46,072 nucleotides of DNA from a virus (taxonomy: Duplodnaviria; Caudoviricetes): positions 1 through 46,072 of the IMG/VR virus record IMGVR_UViG_3300042196_000420; one strand, given 5' to 3'. Shown in pieces: positions 9,229-17,729 of the stretch. The translations under genes and the position numbers were made by a program. The notes under the pieces are model-generated. The model saw only the letters and a list, made by a program, of their open reading frames with translations, ran no database searches and was not told where the DNA came from. Numbering within the stretch: position 1 is the first letter of the stretch; the number at the start of each line of letters is the position of its first letter.

Positions 9229-11916
9229 TTATTTCCTTTCCCGTCTCCGCTCCAAGAGCTTTGCCAATTCCCGGTCTATCTTTAATGCGGCGGTCTCGTC
9301 AATCTTCGTTGCATGGATGACTATCGCACCCGGCTGAATGTTTATCGACTGGTCGATGTTTCCGCCTTGTGGAGCCGTAAAGGCCGGAGCAGGTAATGTA
9401 GAAGACCCTGTAGGAATCGCCGGTCTTATTGTCGCTGTCTGTGGAGATGCTTGCATAGAAGGAACTGCTATCTGAGCAGTAGTCACAGGGCTTGCTTTCT
9501 GAACAGCACCTATATTGCCGATGACGCCCGGCTGACTTACGATAGGTGATGGGACTTCTTTAGGAGCTACCGGGGCCATGGTCTTAACCGCCTTCAGGCT
9601 CTCAGGTAATAGGACATCGGGAATCTTTGAGACCACCCATGAAATCTTTCCCCATATAAAGTCGAGCACCCCGGCAATCGAATCCCTTATCGAACCGAAT
9701 GCGCCTGAGACGGCATCTTTGATTGATACGAATGTCCCGATGAGACCTTCTCTTAGGGCGTTAAAGCCCGTCATGATGAGACTTACAGGTGCAAGCATCA
9801 CATCCGTGATAATTCCCCAGTTGGAAGAAATCCATCCGATAACGCCTGAAACGATATCCCTTATGACCGTGAACGTCCCGGAGAGTTCTTCTTTAAGAGT
9901 GCCCCAGCCTTGAAGGACAAGATTTACGGGGGCAAGCATAATATCTTTAATAGTCCTCCAATTGGAGGCAATCCAAGTTATGACCGATTCGACCGCATTT
10001 TTTATCCTTCCGAAATTGGCAATCAAAATCCCGATGGGGCCGAGTAGTAAAAGCATTCCTGTTTTGACGAGACCGAAATATGGCGCGAGTTTTCCCATGA
10101 GCCATTCGCTTAGCTCTCTCGCCTTAACGATTAAAAACGCAAAGCCTCTTATAAGCCATGTGATGACAGTCAAGACGAGCTTGGTCGGCGTCACAAGGGC
10201 ATAGCCGATGATTTTGCCTAAGACCTTTGCTGTCTCACCGAGCATGCTCATCCCCTTGTTTCCCTCAAGAGATATCCCAAGAAGCTTGCCAATTGATATG
10301 CCTGCCTCGATAAGAGGAGAGAATGCTTCTTTCAATGCCTGCCAAGTCATTTGGAAGGCCGATATAAGCGGATACAAAGCGGACTTGACCCCTTCCCAAA
10401 CTCCTTTAAAGAACGACCAGATAACCTTCCCCGCGCTCGTCACAATCGCCCCTATGCCCATGAAGTTGGTTTTGAAGGCAAGATATAAAAGTGCTATGCC
10501 GACTGCAATAGCCGTAACCGGCCAGAAGGCGGCTGATATCAATCCGCCAAGGGCAACAGCCGCAGAGCCTAACGAGACAAACCCGGCTGAGACCATTCCC
10601 AAGATTGCAGGGATGCCTCCGAGAGCGCCTATAAGGCCGACCACGGTAAGAATCGGCCCGACTATCAAGGCGGCCACGGTTGCGATTGCCCCGAATAAGA
10701 CAATGGTCTTTGTGAGCGCGGGATGTGCGGTCAGGAACTCCCTTGCCTTGCCTGCAAAGAGGGCAATCTTTCCTATAGCAGGCGTGAGTATAGGCATGAG
10801 TTCTTGGCCTAAAGCTATTGCGACATTCCTTAAACCTTCTTTCATTGCCGAGAATGCAAAACTCAATGTCTGAGACTTCTGGGCAAATGCGGTCTGTAGC
10901 ATGCCGCCAGACTTAAGCTCCTTACTCCATCCCTCAAGGATGGTTAAATCCGATGCCAGAAGGCCGCCGAGCTTCGCAAATGCCTCCTCTCCGGTTATGG
11001 CCTTAAGCGCCGCTTCCCGCTCTTCATGGGTCACATGGGCAAGCCCTGTTTTCATGTCCGCAAGGACATCGAGTATCGGCCGCATCTCCTTTGTAGTCGA
11101 GTCATAAACCTGAACCCCGAGCTTGGCCAATGCCTCCCTCGCATCCTTGGCCGGTGCGGCAAGCTTGGTCATGACCATCCTGAAGGCAGTACCCGCCTCG
11201 GCCCCCTTGATGCCTTTGCCCGCAAATCCGGTAAGTACTGCGGCCACGTCCTCAAGAGGTATCTTCATCTCAACCGCCACCTTCGATGCCTCTTTCATAG
11301 CCTCGGCCATCTGGGGAACCGTGGTCGCCCCAAGCATCGAGGTTTTGAAAAAAACATCAGCCATCTTCCCTGCGTTCTTTACATCCATCTCGAATGAATG
11401 AAGCGCATCGGATAAGGACTCGACAACAATGGCAGGCTCCATGTTCACCGTCTTTGCAAGCATCAAGGCTGATTCGCTTAAAGCCCTGAACTGCTCGGTC
11501 CCTGCCTGAGCACCTGAGGATAAGACCTGATAGAAGGACTTGTTTATGTCTGCGGCGGACATACCGAATTTTGTGGACATAGAGATAGCCAAGCCCCCAA
11601 GCTCCTTTTCCATCTTTTTAAACGCATCTCCTGTAAGCCCTGTCATTGTCATGGTGTCTATAAGGGCATCTTCAAAAGTAGAGGCCGCCTTCGTGATTCC
11701 ATAAAGCGTGGCGGCTCCTGCGGCTCCGAATGCGGTAAGCCCCATGCCTGCCTTACCGAGGTTTGCAAAGCCAAGCTCAAGACGGGCCGCCTTCTCGGTT
11801 GCCTCATCTGCGCTATTGCCAAGACTGTTTATGGCCGCCTCAGCTTTTTTAATCTCGGCCGAGGCCTTGTCCTTCCAACTAAGAAGGACTCCAAGCCCTA
11901 TGACATCCGCCGTCAT
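9229..11916 (-). CDS. Tape measure protein (TP901-core type)
   Basis: 895 aa Ala/Gly-rich helical; GIKGAEAGTAFR core; periodic W/F repeats; follows tail chaperones. Confidence 0.93.
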   Translation of the reverse strand: MTADVIGLGVLLSWKDKASAEIKKAEAAINSLGNSADEATEKAARLELGFANLGKAGMGLTAFGAAGAATLYGITKAASTFEDALIDTMTMTGLTGDAFKKMEKELGGLAISMSTKFGMSAADINKSFYQVLSSGAQAGTEQFRALSESALMLAKTVNMEPAIVVESLSDALHSFEMDVKNAGKMADVFFKTSMLGATTVPQMAEAMKEASKVAVEMKIPLEDVAAVLTGFAGKGIKGAEAGTAFRMVMTKLAAPAKDAREALAKLGVQVYDSTTKEMRPILDVLADMKTGLAHVTHEEREAALKAITGEEAFAKLGGLLASDLTILEGWSKELKSGGMLQTAFAQKSQTLSFAFSAMKEGLRNVAIALGQELMPILTPAIGKIALFAGKAREFLTAHPALTKTIVLFGAIATVAALIVGPILTVVGLIGALGGIPAILGMVSAGFVSLGSAAVALGGLISAAFWPVTAIAVGIALLYLAFKTNFMGIGAIVTSAGKVIWSFFKGVWEGVKSALYPLISAFQMTWQALKEAFSPLIEAGISIGKLLGISLEGNKGMSMLGETAKVLGKIIGYALVTPTKLVLTVITWLIRGFAFLIVKARELSEWLMGKLAPYFGLVKTGMLLLLGPIGILIANFGRIKNAVESVITWIASNWRTIKDIMLAPVNLVLQGWGTLKEELSGTFTVIRDIVSGVIGWISSNWGIITDVMLAPVSLIMTGFNALREGLIGTFVSIKDAVSGAFGSIRDSIAGVLDFIWGKISWVVSKIPDVLLPESLKAVKTMAPVAPKEVPSPIVSQPGVIGNIGAVQKASPVTTAQIAVPSMQASPQTATIRPAIPTGSSTLPAPAFTAPQGGNIDQSINIQPGAIVIHATKIDETAALKIDRELAKLLERRRERK

Positions 11917-12141
11917 CTATCTTTTTCCTCTCATGCCTTTTGAGATTGCCTTGTTGATTTTCTCTATCTCCTCTATCCATCTATGCCGCTCTTTACGGGA
12001 CATATTCATGCACTCAGCCCTCGACCAGTGGAAGTGATATGCAATCACCGCAACCTCTGGATAGAGCCCTCCGGTATCGAGGTTCAAAGACCCCACTGCC
12101 GGGAGCATCCCGAATATACCGGGCAGCCCGTGGCTGCTCAC
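11917..12141 (-). CDS. DUF6760-like small protein, probable frameshift extension of tail assembly chaperone
   Basis: EVAVIAYHFHWS..ERHRWIEEI..IN motif typical of eCIS loci; lies in -1 frame after slippery site. Confidence 0.75.
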   Translation of the reverse strand: MSSHGLPGIFGMLPAVGSLNLDTGGLYPEVAVIAYHFHWSRAECMNMSRKERHRWIEEIEKINKAISKGMRGKR

Positions 12142-12153
12142 TTGACGAAAAAA
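12123..12153 (-). other. Putative -1 programmed ribosomal frameshift signal (T TTT TTC + GCAGCC-ACG-GGCTGC hairpin)
   Basis: Heptamer 12153-12147 at chaperone 3' end; 6-bp stem starts 9 nt downstream; -1 frame is open into DUF6760. Confidence 0.65.
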
Positions 12154-12527
12154 TCAGCCATATCGAGCATCGCCTTGAACTTATGCCCGCACTCAGGGCA
12201 CTCGACATCTATCTCCATGTCAGGGCCGGAGTCTATCTCCTTGAGCTTCATAATGAGAAAGTCCCGGTCACTCTTGAACATGTTGGCAGTGACAGCCGTG
12301 TCTATCTTCGGCTTATCCAGAGAGCCGAGCTTTACAATTACCCTTGCCAGTAGGGCAGTAAGCATCTTGGCCGGATTGCCCTTGAATTGAGGGTTGAGCA
12401 TCGCTTCCTGATCCGCCCCGGTAATCTCCCTAAGCGTTATCTCTTTATGGAGCGTCCCGTCCTTGTCCACATAGCCCTTTGGAAGCTCGTATGTATACTC
12501 CGTCTTTACGACATCGTTCTGTTTCAT
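12138..12527 (-). CDS. Tail assembly chaperone with C-terminal CxxC
   Basis: YELPKGYVDKDGTLHKE..LRE..DRDFL..CPECG; between tube and TMP. Confidence 0.82.
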   Translation of the reverse strand: MKQNDVVKTEYTYELPKGYVDKDGTLHKEITLREITGADQEAMLNPQFKGNPAKMLTALLARVIVKLGSLDKPKIDTAVTANMFKSDRDFLIMKLKEIDSGPDMEIDVECPECGHKFKAMLDMADFFVK

Positions 12528-12536
12528 TCAGTCCTC

Positions 12537-12989
12537 CTATCCTTTCACTATCAAGTCAAGCCCCTCGTGCTGTATCTCGATGGACTCGACCGCGCTGTCC
12601 GATGATGAGGCATCAAGCTCAGGGGCCGTGTATTTGGAAGGCCATGCATCGAATACCTGCCATCTCTTTACCTCTTCGCCTTTTTCGTTTTGCTGAATGA
12701 CAGAGATAGGCTTTCTGTTGCCCTGAGCGCCGTCACGCTTTATCTTCTGCCTCCATTCCCAGATCTCCTTGTCATAGGTCGAGCCCTGCTCAAGCGTGAT
12801 GGCTGAGTAGGAGTTCAAACCCGCAAGCTTCCTGACCGTGCTCTGGTCGCCGCCCTCTCTGTATTCGCGGACTTCGGTCTCTTCCTCAAGCCCGGATACT
12901 GTCATGAAACCGGCCCGCTTGATGCCTTCGATTTCGACAAGGAACTTAAATCTCGGAAATGGATCAACCCTTGCATTTGCCATATACAT
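12537..12989 (-). CDS. Tail tube protein (T4 gp19 / Afp1-5 family)
   Basis: DPFPRFKFLVEI..GF..VSGL..EYREGG..KLAG..AWPSKY..LDA..AVESIEIQHEG. Confidence 0.95.
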   Translation of the reverse strand: MYMANARVDPFPRFKFLVEIEGIKRAGFMTVSGLEEETEVREYREGGDQSTVRKLAGLNSYSAITLEQGSTYDKEIWEWRQKIKRDGAQGNRKPISVIQQNEKGEEVKRWQVFDAWPSKYTAPELDASSSDSAVESIEIQHEGLDLIVKG

Positions 12990-12996
12990 GCCTCCT

Positions 12997-14472
12997 TTAG
13001 CTCATCTCGATTATTTCTTTGCCCCCGTCCCACTGGCCGATTCTGAAGATTACGAACTCGGCGGTCTCGACTATGTTGACGCCTATCTCGGTAATCACCT
13101 GCCCGGCGATTCTTACCTCAGCCGGGTTGGTCTCCTCGTTGCAACGGACGTAAAAGGCATCCTCAGGGGTTTTTCCGAACAAGGCCCCCTCCATCCACTG
13201 GCGCTTGAGAAACGCCGAGGCCGAGCGGATTATCTTTCCCCAGAGTACTTCGTCATTGGGCTCGAATACCGCCCATTGGGTGCCCTCGGCGATGGACTCC
13301 TCTATGAACATGAGGAACCTCCGTTTGTGGATGTACCGGAGATTGGGATTAGAGGACATCGTCCTTGCGCCCCAGACGCGGATGCCCCGTCCCCTAAAAG
13401 AACGGATGCAGTTCACCCCTGCAGGGTTCAGAATCTCCTGCTCGCCGTCTGTTACGTTGTACTCGAGCCCGATTGCGCCGAAGACCACCTCGTTTGCAGG
13501 GGCCTTATGCACCCCTCGTTCTCCGTCGCTCCTTGCAAATATCCCCATGATGTGGCCGGAAACGGGTATCGCCTTTGTGGTCTTTGTAAGCGGGTCGCTT
13601 ATCAGAATCCGGGGGTAGTAGTAATACCCGTATGAGGAATCGAAAAACTCCCTGAATGCCTTTGTCTCCTGAGGCGTTTGGTTCGGGGGACAGTCAGCCA
13701 TAAAGCCGCAATCTCCACGGCCTCCACAGTAGTCAATCCCTGCCTGAACGACCGTCTGAGAGGTTATCCCCGGTATGGCGATGGAGTTCACCTCGTCCAC
13801 GTCGTCAAAGGCATAGAGGCCGGATTTGTTTGCCTGAGAGCCGATGTAGTCGGAATCGGTGATATCCGAGGCTCCGTCCAAACCGTCAGTGAAAACGATA
13901 TTGCTCTGAACCTGAGGCTTGTTAAGAGCAAGACTGTCCACCTGAATATAGTTGGACTTCCCGTTGATGACGTTCTCGATATAGTTTTCCTTTGAGCTAT
14001 CCATCGATAGGTCATCCCAGACCTCGACGGTAGAGCCTTTCTCTTTGACCGTGAGCCTGAACTCGTTGGCGGGATCCTTCTTGCCGTCGGCTATGTCTAT
14101 GGAGAGGTCGTTCCCCCAGAGACCCTCGTTCAGTGCCTGCACCCTAATGGTGTTTACCGGCGTTGCCGCTCTGTCCTGAAGGTCGACCGAGGCTATCTTT
14201 GCCGAGGCGGATGCCACCCGTGTTACAAAGCACCTCTTGCCCTTGTTTAAGAAGAACCCATATACCCCATAGGCAAGGTATGAGTCCCGCCTATAGTCCC
14301 CGAAGTGTTTTACGAACTGAGACCAGTTGGTTACGAGCATGGGCTTGTTAAGCGCCCCTCTCGTGGCAATCCCCACAAATCCGGCTGTCGATGTTCCCAC
14401 GCCCTCTATGGGATATGCCCCGCTTGGAATCTCCTCTACAAAGACCCCGGGCCTTAAGTATTCCTTTGACAT
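12997..14472 (-). CDS. Contractile tail sheath protein
   Basis: YLRPGVFVEE, RGVHKAPAN, GIRVWGART, WAVFEPND, AEFVIFRI. Confidence 0.96.
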   Translation of the reverse strand: MSKEYLRPGVFVEEIPSGAYPIEGVGTSTAGFVGIATRGALNKPMLVTNWSQFVKHFGDYRRDSYLAYGVYGFFLNKGKRCFVTRVASASAKIASVDLQDRAATPVNTIRVQALNEGLWGNDLSIDIADGKKDPANEFRLTVKEKGSTVEVWDDLSMDSSKENYIENVINGKSNYIQVDSLALNKPQVQSNIVFTDGLDGASDITDSDYIGSQANKSGLYAFDDVDEVNSIAIPGITSQTVVQAGIDYCGGRGDCGFMADCPPNQTPQETKAFREFFDSSYGYYYYPRILISDPLTKTTKAIPVSGHIMGIFARSDGERGVHKAPANEVVFGAIGLEYNVTDGEQEILNPAGVNCIRSFRGRGIRVWGARTMSSNPNLRYIHKRRFLMFIEESIAEGTQWAVFEPNDEVLWGKIIRSASAFLKRQWMEGALFGKTPEDAFYVRCNEETNPAEVRIAGQVITEIGVNIVETAEFVIFRIGQWDGGKEIIEMS

Positions 14473-14474
14473 AT

Positions 14475-15011
14475 CTATGTCCTCCTTTCCTTGGCCTTAA
14501 GAATCCGCTCTCTTACAAGCGGGATAACCTTTTCATCTCTTGCATCGAGCCTCGTCTTGACGACTATCCCCAGAGCCTTCGCAAAGCTCCTCCCCTTGGA
14601 CAGCTCCCTGAAAGAGATGTCCCGATGGAGATAAAGCTCTTTACCGAAGACGACAGAGGTCATCACCGGATGCTCGTCTATGAAGTAAACGACTTCACCT
14701 AAAAGAAGCCTGTCGTCCCGGCTCTTATCCGTATGAGCCGTAATCTGGTAGTGAAGATTGTATGGCCTTGAATTGCCCTTTACCTTTGCTTCCATTGTTG
14801 AAATATTCTTCTCGACTTTCCGCTCATTATCCGTTCGCTCGAAGTCCTGCCTGAAATCCGTAAGTTGTAGCGTCAGACACGGAAGAGTAAGCTCTGCAAA
14901 ATCCGGGTCGGGCGTTACGACCTTCAAGGGCACGGGATTTCCCTCAAGGCTTATTGCCTCAAGTCCCTCTTTCAGCGTCCGTTCTATATCTGTCAGAAAG
15001 TTATCCATCAC
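14475..15011 (-). CDS. Tail terminator (Pvc16/DUF4255-like)
   Basis: Immediately upstream of sheath; LTLQLTDFRQD..YNLHYQITA..DDRLLLG resembles Pvc16-type caps. Confidence 0.65.
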   Translation of the reverse strand: MMDNFLTDIERTLKEGLEAISLEGNPVPLKVVTPDPDFAELTLPCLTLQLTDFRQDFERTDNERKVEKNISTMEAKVKGNSRPYNLHYQITAHTDKSRDDRLLLGEVVYFIDEHPVMTSVVFGKELYLHRDISFRELSKGRSFAKALGIVVKTRLDARDEKVIPLVRERILKAKERRT

Positions 15012-15529
15012 TCGCCCTTCAGGGTCTTATCCACCGCTTCGGTGAATAGTTCCTTGGCAATGCCCTTCTCTTTGAAGTCCAGAAACGAGGGCTTGATAAA
15101 CGGCCTTCCCGGAATGAATATCTCGGTGGTCTCAGCTTTGAGGTGAAGCCCCCTTGCATGCAAATACGCCCGCATCTTAGGGGTGACCTTTATCCTCGTT
15201 CCTTCCTCTCGCTCATGAATTGCGGCGATGTCGGTGCCGTCCTCTGCCTTCCTGTGAACGCCCACGAAGACCGCGTCTTTGGCAAGTACACGAAGCCCCA
15301 CAGAGCCAAGAAGGTCGCCATCGTCTATCAGGGGCTTACTTGAGCCTTTCTCTTCGACCGTGAATCCATGAAGCGGACTCATGCCCTTACCGTCAATAAT
15401 CCGGCCCTTGATAATAGATTCGAGCTTGAGCCCTGCTCTCATGAGGGCAACCGTGCAGTTTTTCGCAATGCTCCGGTCGTATTTCCTCATGATGCCTTTG
15501 AGCTTTCCCCAGTCCCCGAACCTGCTCAT
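15008..15529 (-). CDS. Neck / virion morphogenesis protein (HK97 gp10 / Mu gpG-like)
   Basis: KGSSKPLIDDGDLLGS..IAAIHE..IPGRPFIKP. Confidence 0.8.
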   Translation of the reverse strand: MSRFGDWGKLKGIMRKYDRSIAKNCTVALMRAGLKLESIIKGRIIDGKGMSPLHGFTVEEKGSSKPLIDDGDLLGSVGLRVLAKDAVFVGVHRKAEDGTDIAAIHEREEGTRIKVTPKMRAYLHARGLHLKAETTEIFIPGRPFIKPSFLDFKEKGIAKELFTEAVDKTLKGE

Positions 15530-15934
15530 CTATATCCCCTTCAGAAAGACCATAGTCAAAAGAAACTCATCTCCGATGCTTGAGGTCTCTTTGATATGGG
15601 CTATCGAATAGGCGCTCCCTTTGAAATTCACCCTTGTTGAGAAATCGAGCTTTATTCCGTTTGCCCTGAGGTCTTCGGTCTTGAATGTCGCCCTGCCGTC
15701 GGTGTCTATGACCCCTCCGCCCGGAAGAACGAGCCTCTCTTTTGCGATCTTCACCCGGCCCTTGACGACCACCGGCGGAAGGTATCTCTTGGCCTCGACC
15801 GCCTCGTCATAGAGGTCGTCCTTCACGGTCGTATTCCTATCGAGCACCTCTATAGAGACATCCGAGGCGAACTCGTCAAAGAGCGGCGAGAGCACATCGT
15901 CCCATGCGTCCTTTATCCCGTCCTTGATTCCCAT
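15530..15934 (-). CDS. Putative head closure (stopper) protein
   Basis: 134 aa beta-rich; position between adaptor and neck gene. Confidence 0.55.
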   Translation of the reverse strand: MGIKDGIKDAWDDVLSPLFDEFASDVSIEVLDRNTTVKDDLYDEAVEAKRYLPPVVVKGRVKIAKERLVLPGGGVIDTDGRATFKTEDLRANGIKLDFSTRVNFKGSAYSIAHIKETSSIGDEFLLTMVFLKGI

Positions 15935-16800
15935 CAGACCACCGTTATGTCCATGTCTTTTCTGAATTTCAAAAGCATGGAGTCTATGAGTTGACTGCCC
16001 GTGCTTACCCGTCTCGTATCGCCGGTTACCGACCTCGGATACTCGAACTCCACGGAGATGTCCTCAATCTTTGCCCTCTTGAGGCCGACCGCGTTTCTTG
16101 TCGAGTTCGATGCGGCTTCCGCAAGGTCAATCTCGGTTTTTATCTCACGCAGAGTATCGATAGAAAGCTCCAAAGAGGCGCGGCGTACCTCAGAAGGGAT
16201 GACCGCAAACCCGAACTGTCCGAAGACCTCGACGTTCTGCGGGCCCTCTGGGAATACGCCCCTTACAAGCTTTATGTAGCCGGAGTCTCCGTATACCTTG
16301 TAGTCGTAAGAGTGAAGGGTGTCCCCGTCCACCTTGAGGGCAAGGACTGCTATAACCGGCCTGTCATCGAGGAATACGCTCGGCGTCCCTTCGCCATCGA
16401 GGGAGTAGGTCGCTTCCCGCCTCCAGAAGTTCCGGTTACAGAAGGCATCAATAAGCTCCTTTGCCCTCTGTATGGCAGTCCTCACCTCGTCGTCAGTGGC
16501 CATCTCAGGCGTAATGCCCCTGTCCCGTAAGTCCGAGACAGAGCAGTATCCGATGCCATATAGCTCGGCCGCCGTGGGGTAGACCCAGAGCGTATCGCCC
16601 CAGCTTTCGGACAATGCCCTTGCCTGGCTAAAGGTAAGCTCCACGGTATCCGGGGCGGCATTGACCTCGCCATAGTCGGCCTGCGTGGCGTGGAACTCTA
16701 TGAGCGCCTCATCCCCAAGCGGGCCGAGCTTCCACCTGCAGTTGGGCTTATCCCAGAACTTGGGCTTGCCCTCTATCGTTACCGTTTTCCAGAATCCCAT
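15934..16800 (-). CDS. Head-tail adaptor with extra ~70-aa N-terminal domain
   Basis: YCSVSDLR..AIQRAKELIDAFCNRNF..GFAVIPSEVRRAS adaptor motifs; N-terminus paralogous to upstream small ORF. Confidence 0.75.
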   Translation of the reverse strand: MGFWKTVTIEGKPKFWDKPNCRWKLGPLGDEALIEFHATQADYGEVNAAPDTVELTFSQARALSESWGDTLWVYPTAAELYGIGYCSVSDLRDRGITPEMATDDEVRTAIQRAKELIDAFCNRNFWRREATYSLDGEGTPSVFLDDRPVIAVLALKVDGDTLHSYDYKVYGDSGYIKLVRGVFPEGPQNVEVFGQFGFAVIPSEVRRASLELSIDTLREIKTEIDLAEAASNSTRNAVGLKRAKIEDISVEFEYPRSVTGDTRRVSTGSQLIDSMLLKFRKDMDITVV

Positions 16801-16810
16801 TTATCCCTCT

Positions 16811-17023
16811 CTATGGCTGGTTCCATGACCTTGAAAGCTCCTCCGCCTCTCGGCGGGTAAGCTCCTGGGTGTCGATGTCGTTATTAATCTCGTCATAGTC
16901 CGTCCTCGAACCTGTAAACTCGATAATCGCTTCAAGGCCGTCAGGGCCTATCCGGTAGTGGCAACCGGGCCTGTCCCAGAACTTAGGATGTCCGTCTATG
17001 ACCTTTGTCTTCCAGTAACCCAT
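16811..17023 (-). CDS. 70-aa hypothetical protein, paralog of adaptor N-terminal domain
   Basis: MGYWKT..GHPKFWDRPGC.. aligns ungapped with MGFWKT..GKPKFWDKPNC.. Confidence 0.75.
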   Translation of the reverse strand: MGYWKTKVIDGHPKFWDRPGCHYRIGPDGLEAIIEFTGSRTDYDEINNDIDTQELTRREAEELSRSWNQP

Positions 17024-17027
17024 GTCT

Positions 17028-17729
17028 TTACCTGTTCGGGTCGAGGCCCGATATCGCACGATAAATATTCGATATCCTCATCTCGTCCATGATTCCCTGA
17101 AAGAAATAACCTCCTGAACCGCACCCGATGAGAAGGTCGCTTGTGTTTGCATCGGGAGGACTGGTCGTAAATGCCGAGACCGCATCCTCGATGCCGTTAA
17201 CAACAAGCGAGAGATAACCCGCCTGATTGCGCTCGAATGCGACATGCATCCATCCCTCGATGCCGTAGTTCCATCCGGTAGATATCTGCTGTATTGCATT
17301 ACCCGACCAGATGCCCGCATTGAACTTGACCTGCCTGTCCTTCTGTCCCTGCTGTGAAAGGCCAAAGAAGAGCGAGCCGGGCTTTTCGATGATTCGCTGG
17401 GTGCCGCTGTATTCAGGCCATAACCACGTCTCGATACAAAATCCAGAAAGGTTGAGCATGGGATTATGCGGGACGACAACACGGTCGTTTATCCCGTCAA
17501 AGTGAAGCCCATAGCCGTACCTGCCCGAGTCCCATTGGGCGCTCTGTATCTCCCCGTGGTTGTGATAGTCCGAGTAATCGACCGCGCTTATGCCTTCGCC
17601 CTCGTCGAGTTTTAGTAAGAGCACCGTATTCGGGTCTCTGTCATATCCTCCGGGGAATAGCGATATCCTCGGCACCCTGCCTGCCTCCCCTGTTCCCATA
17701 GCTGAAAGCCCGAATGCCCTATTCATCAT
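17028..17729 (-). CDS. LamG / concanavalin A-like domain virion protein
   Basis: LKLDEGEG..GLHFDG..WMHVAF..LVVNG..LLIG..FQGIMDEMRIS. Confidence 0.88.
   Translation of the reverse strand: MMNRAFGLSAMGTGEAGRVPRISLFPGGYDRDPNTVLLLKLDEGEGISAVDYSDYHNHGEIQSAQWDSGRYGYGLHFDGINDRVVVPHNPMLNLSGFCIETWLWPEYSGTQRIIEKPGSLFFGLSQQGQKDRQVKFNAGIWSGNAIQQISTGWNYGIEGWMHVAFERNQAGYLSLVVNGIEDAVSAFTTSPPDANTSDLLIGCGSGGYFFQGIMDEMRISNIYRAISGLDPNR

Noticed and set aside
3389-15011. Stand-alone eCIS or tailocin locus
   Set aside because: Contiguous with intact capsid, portal, terminase and replication genes; no Afp15-like ATPase or effector
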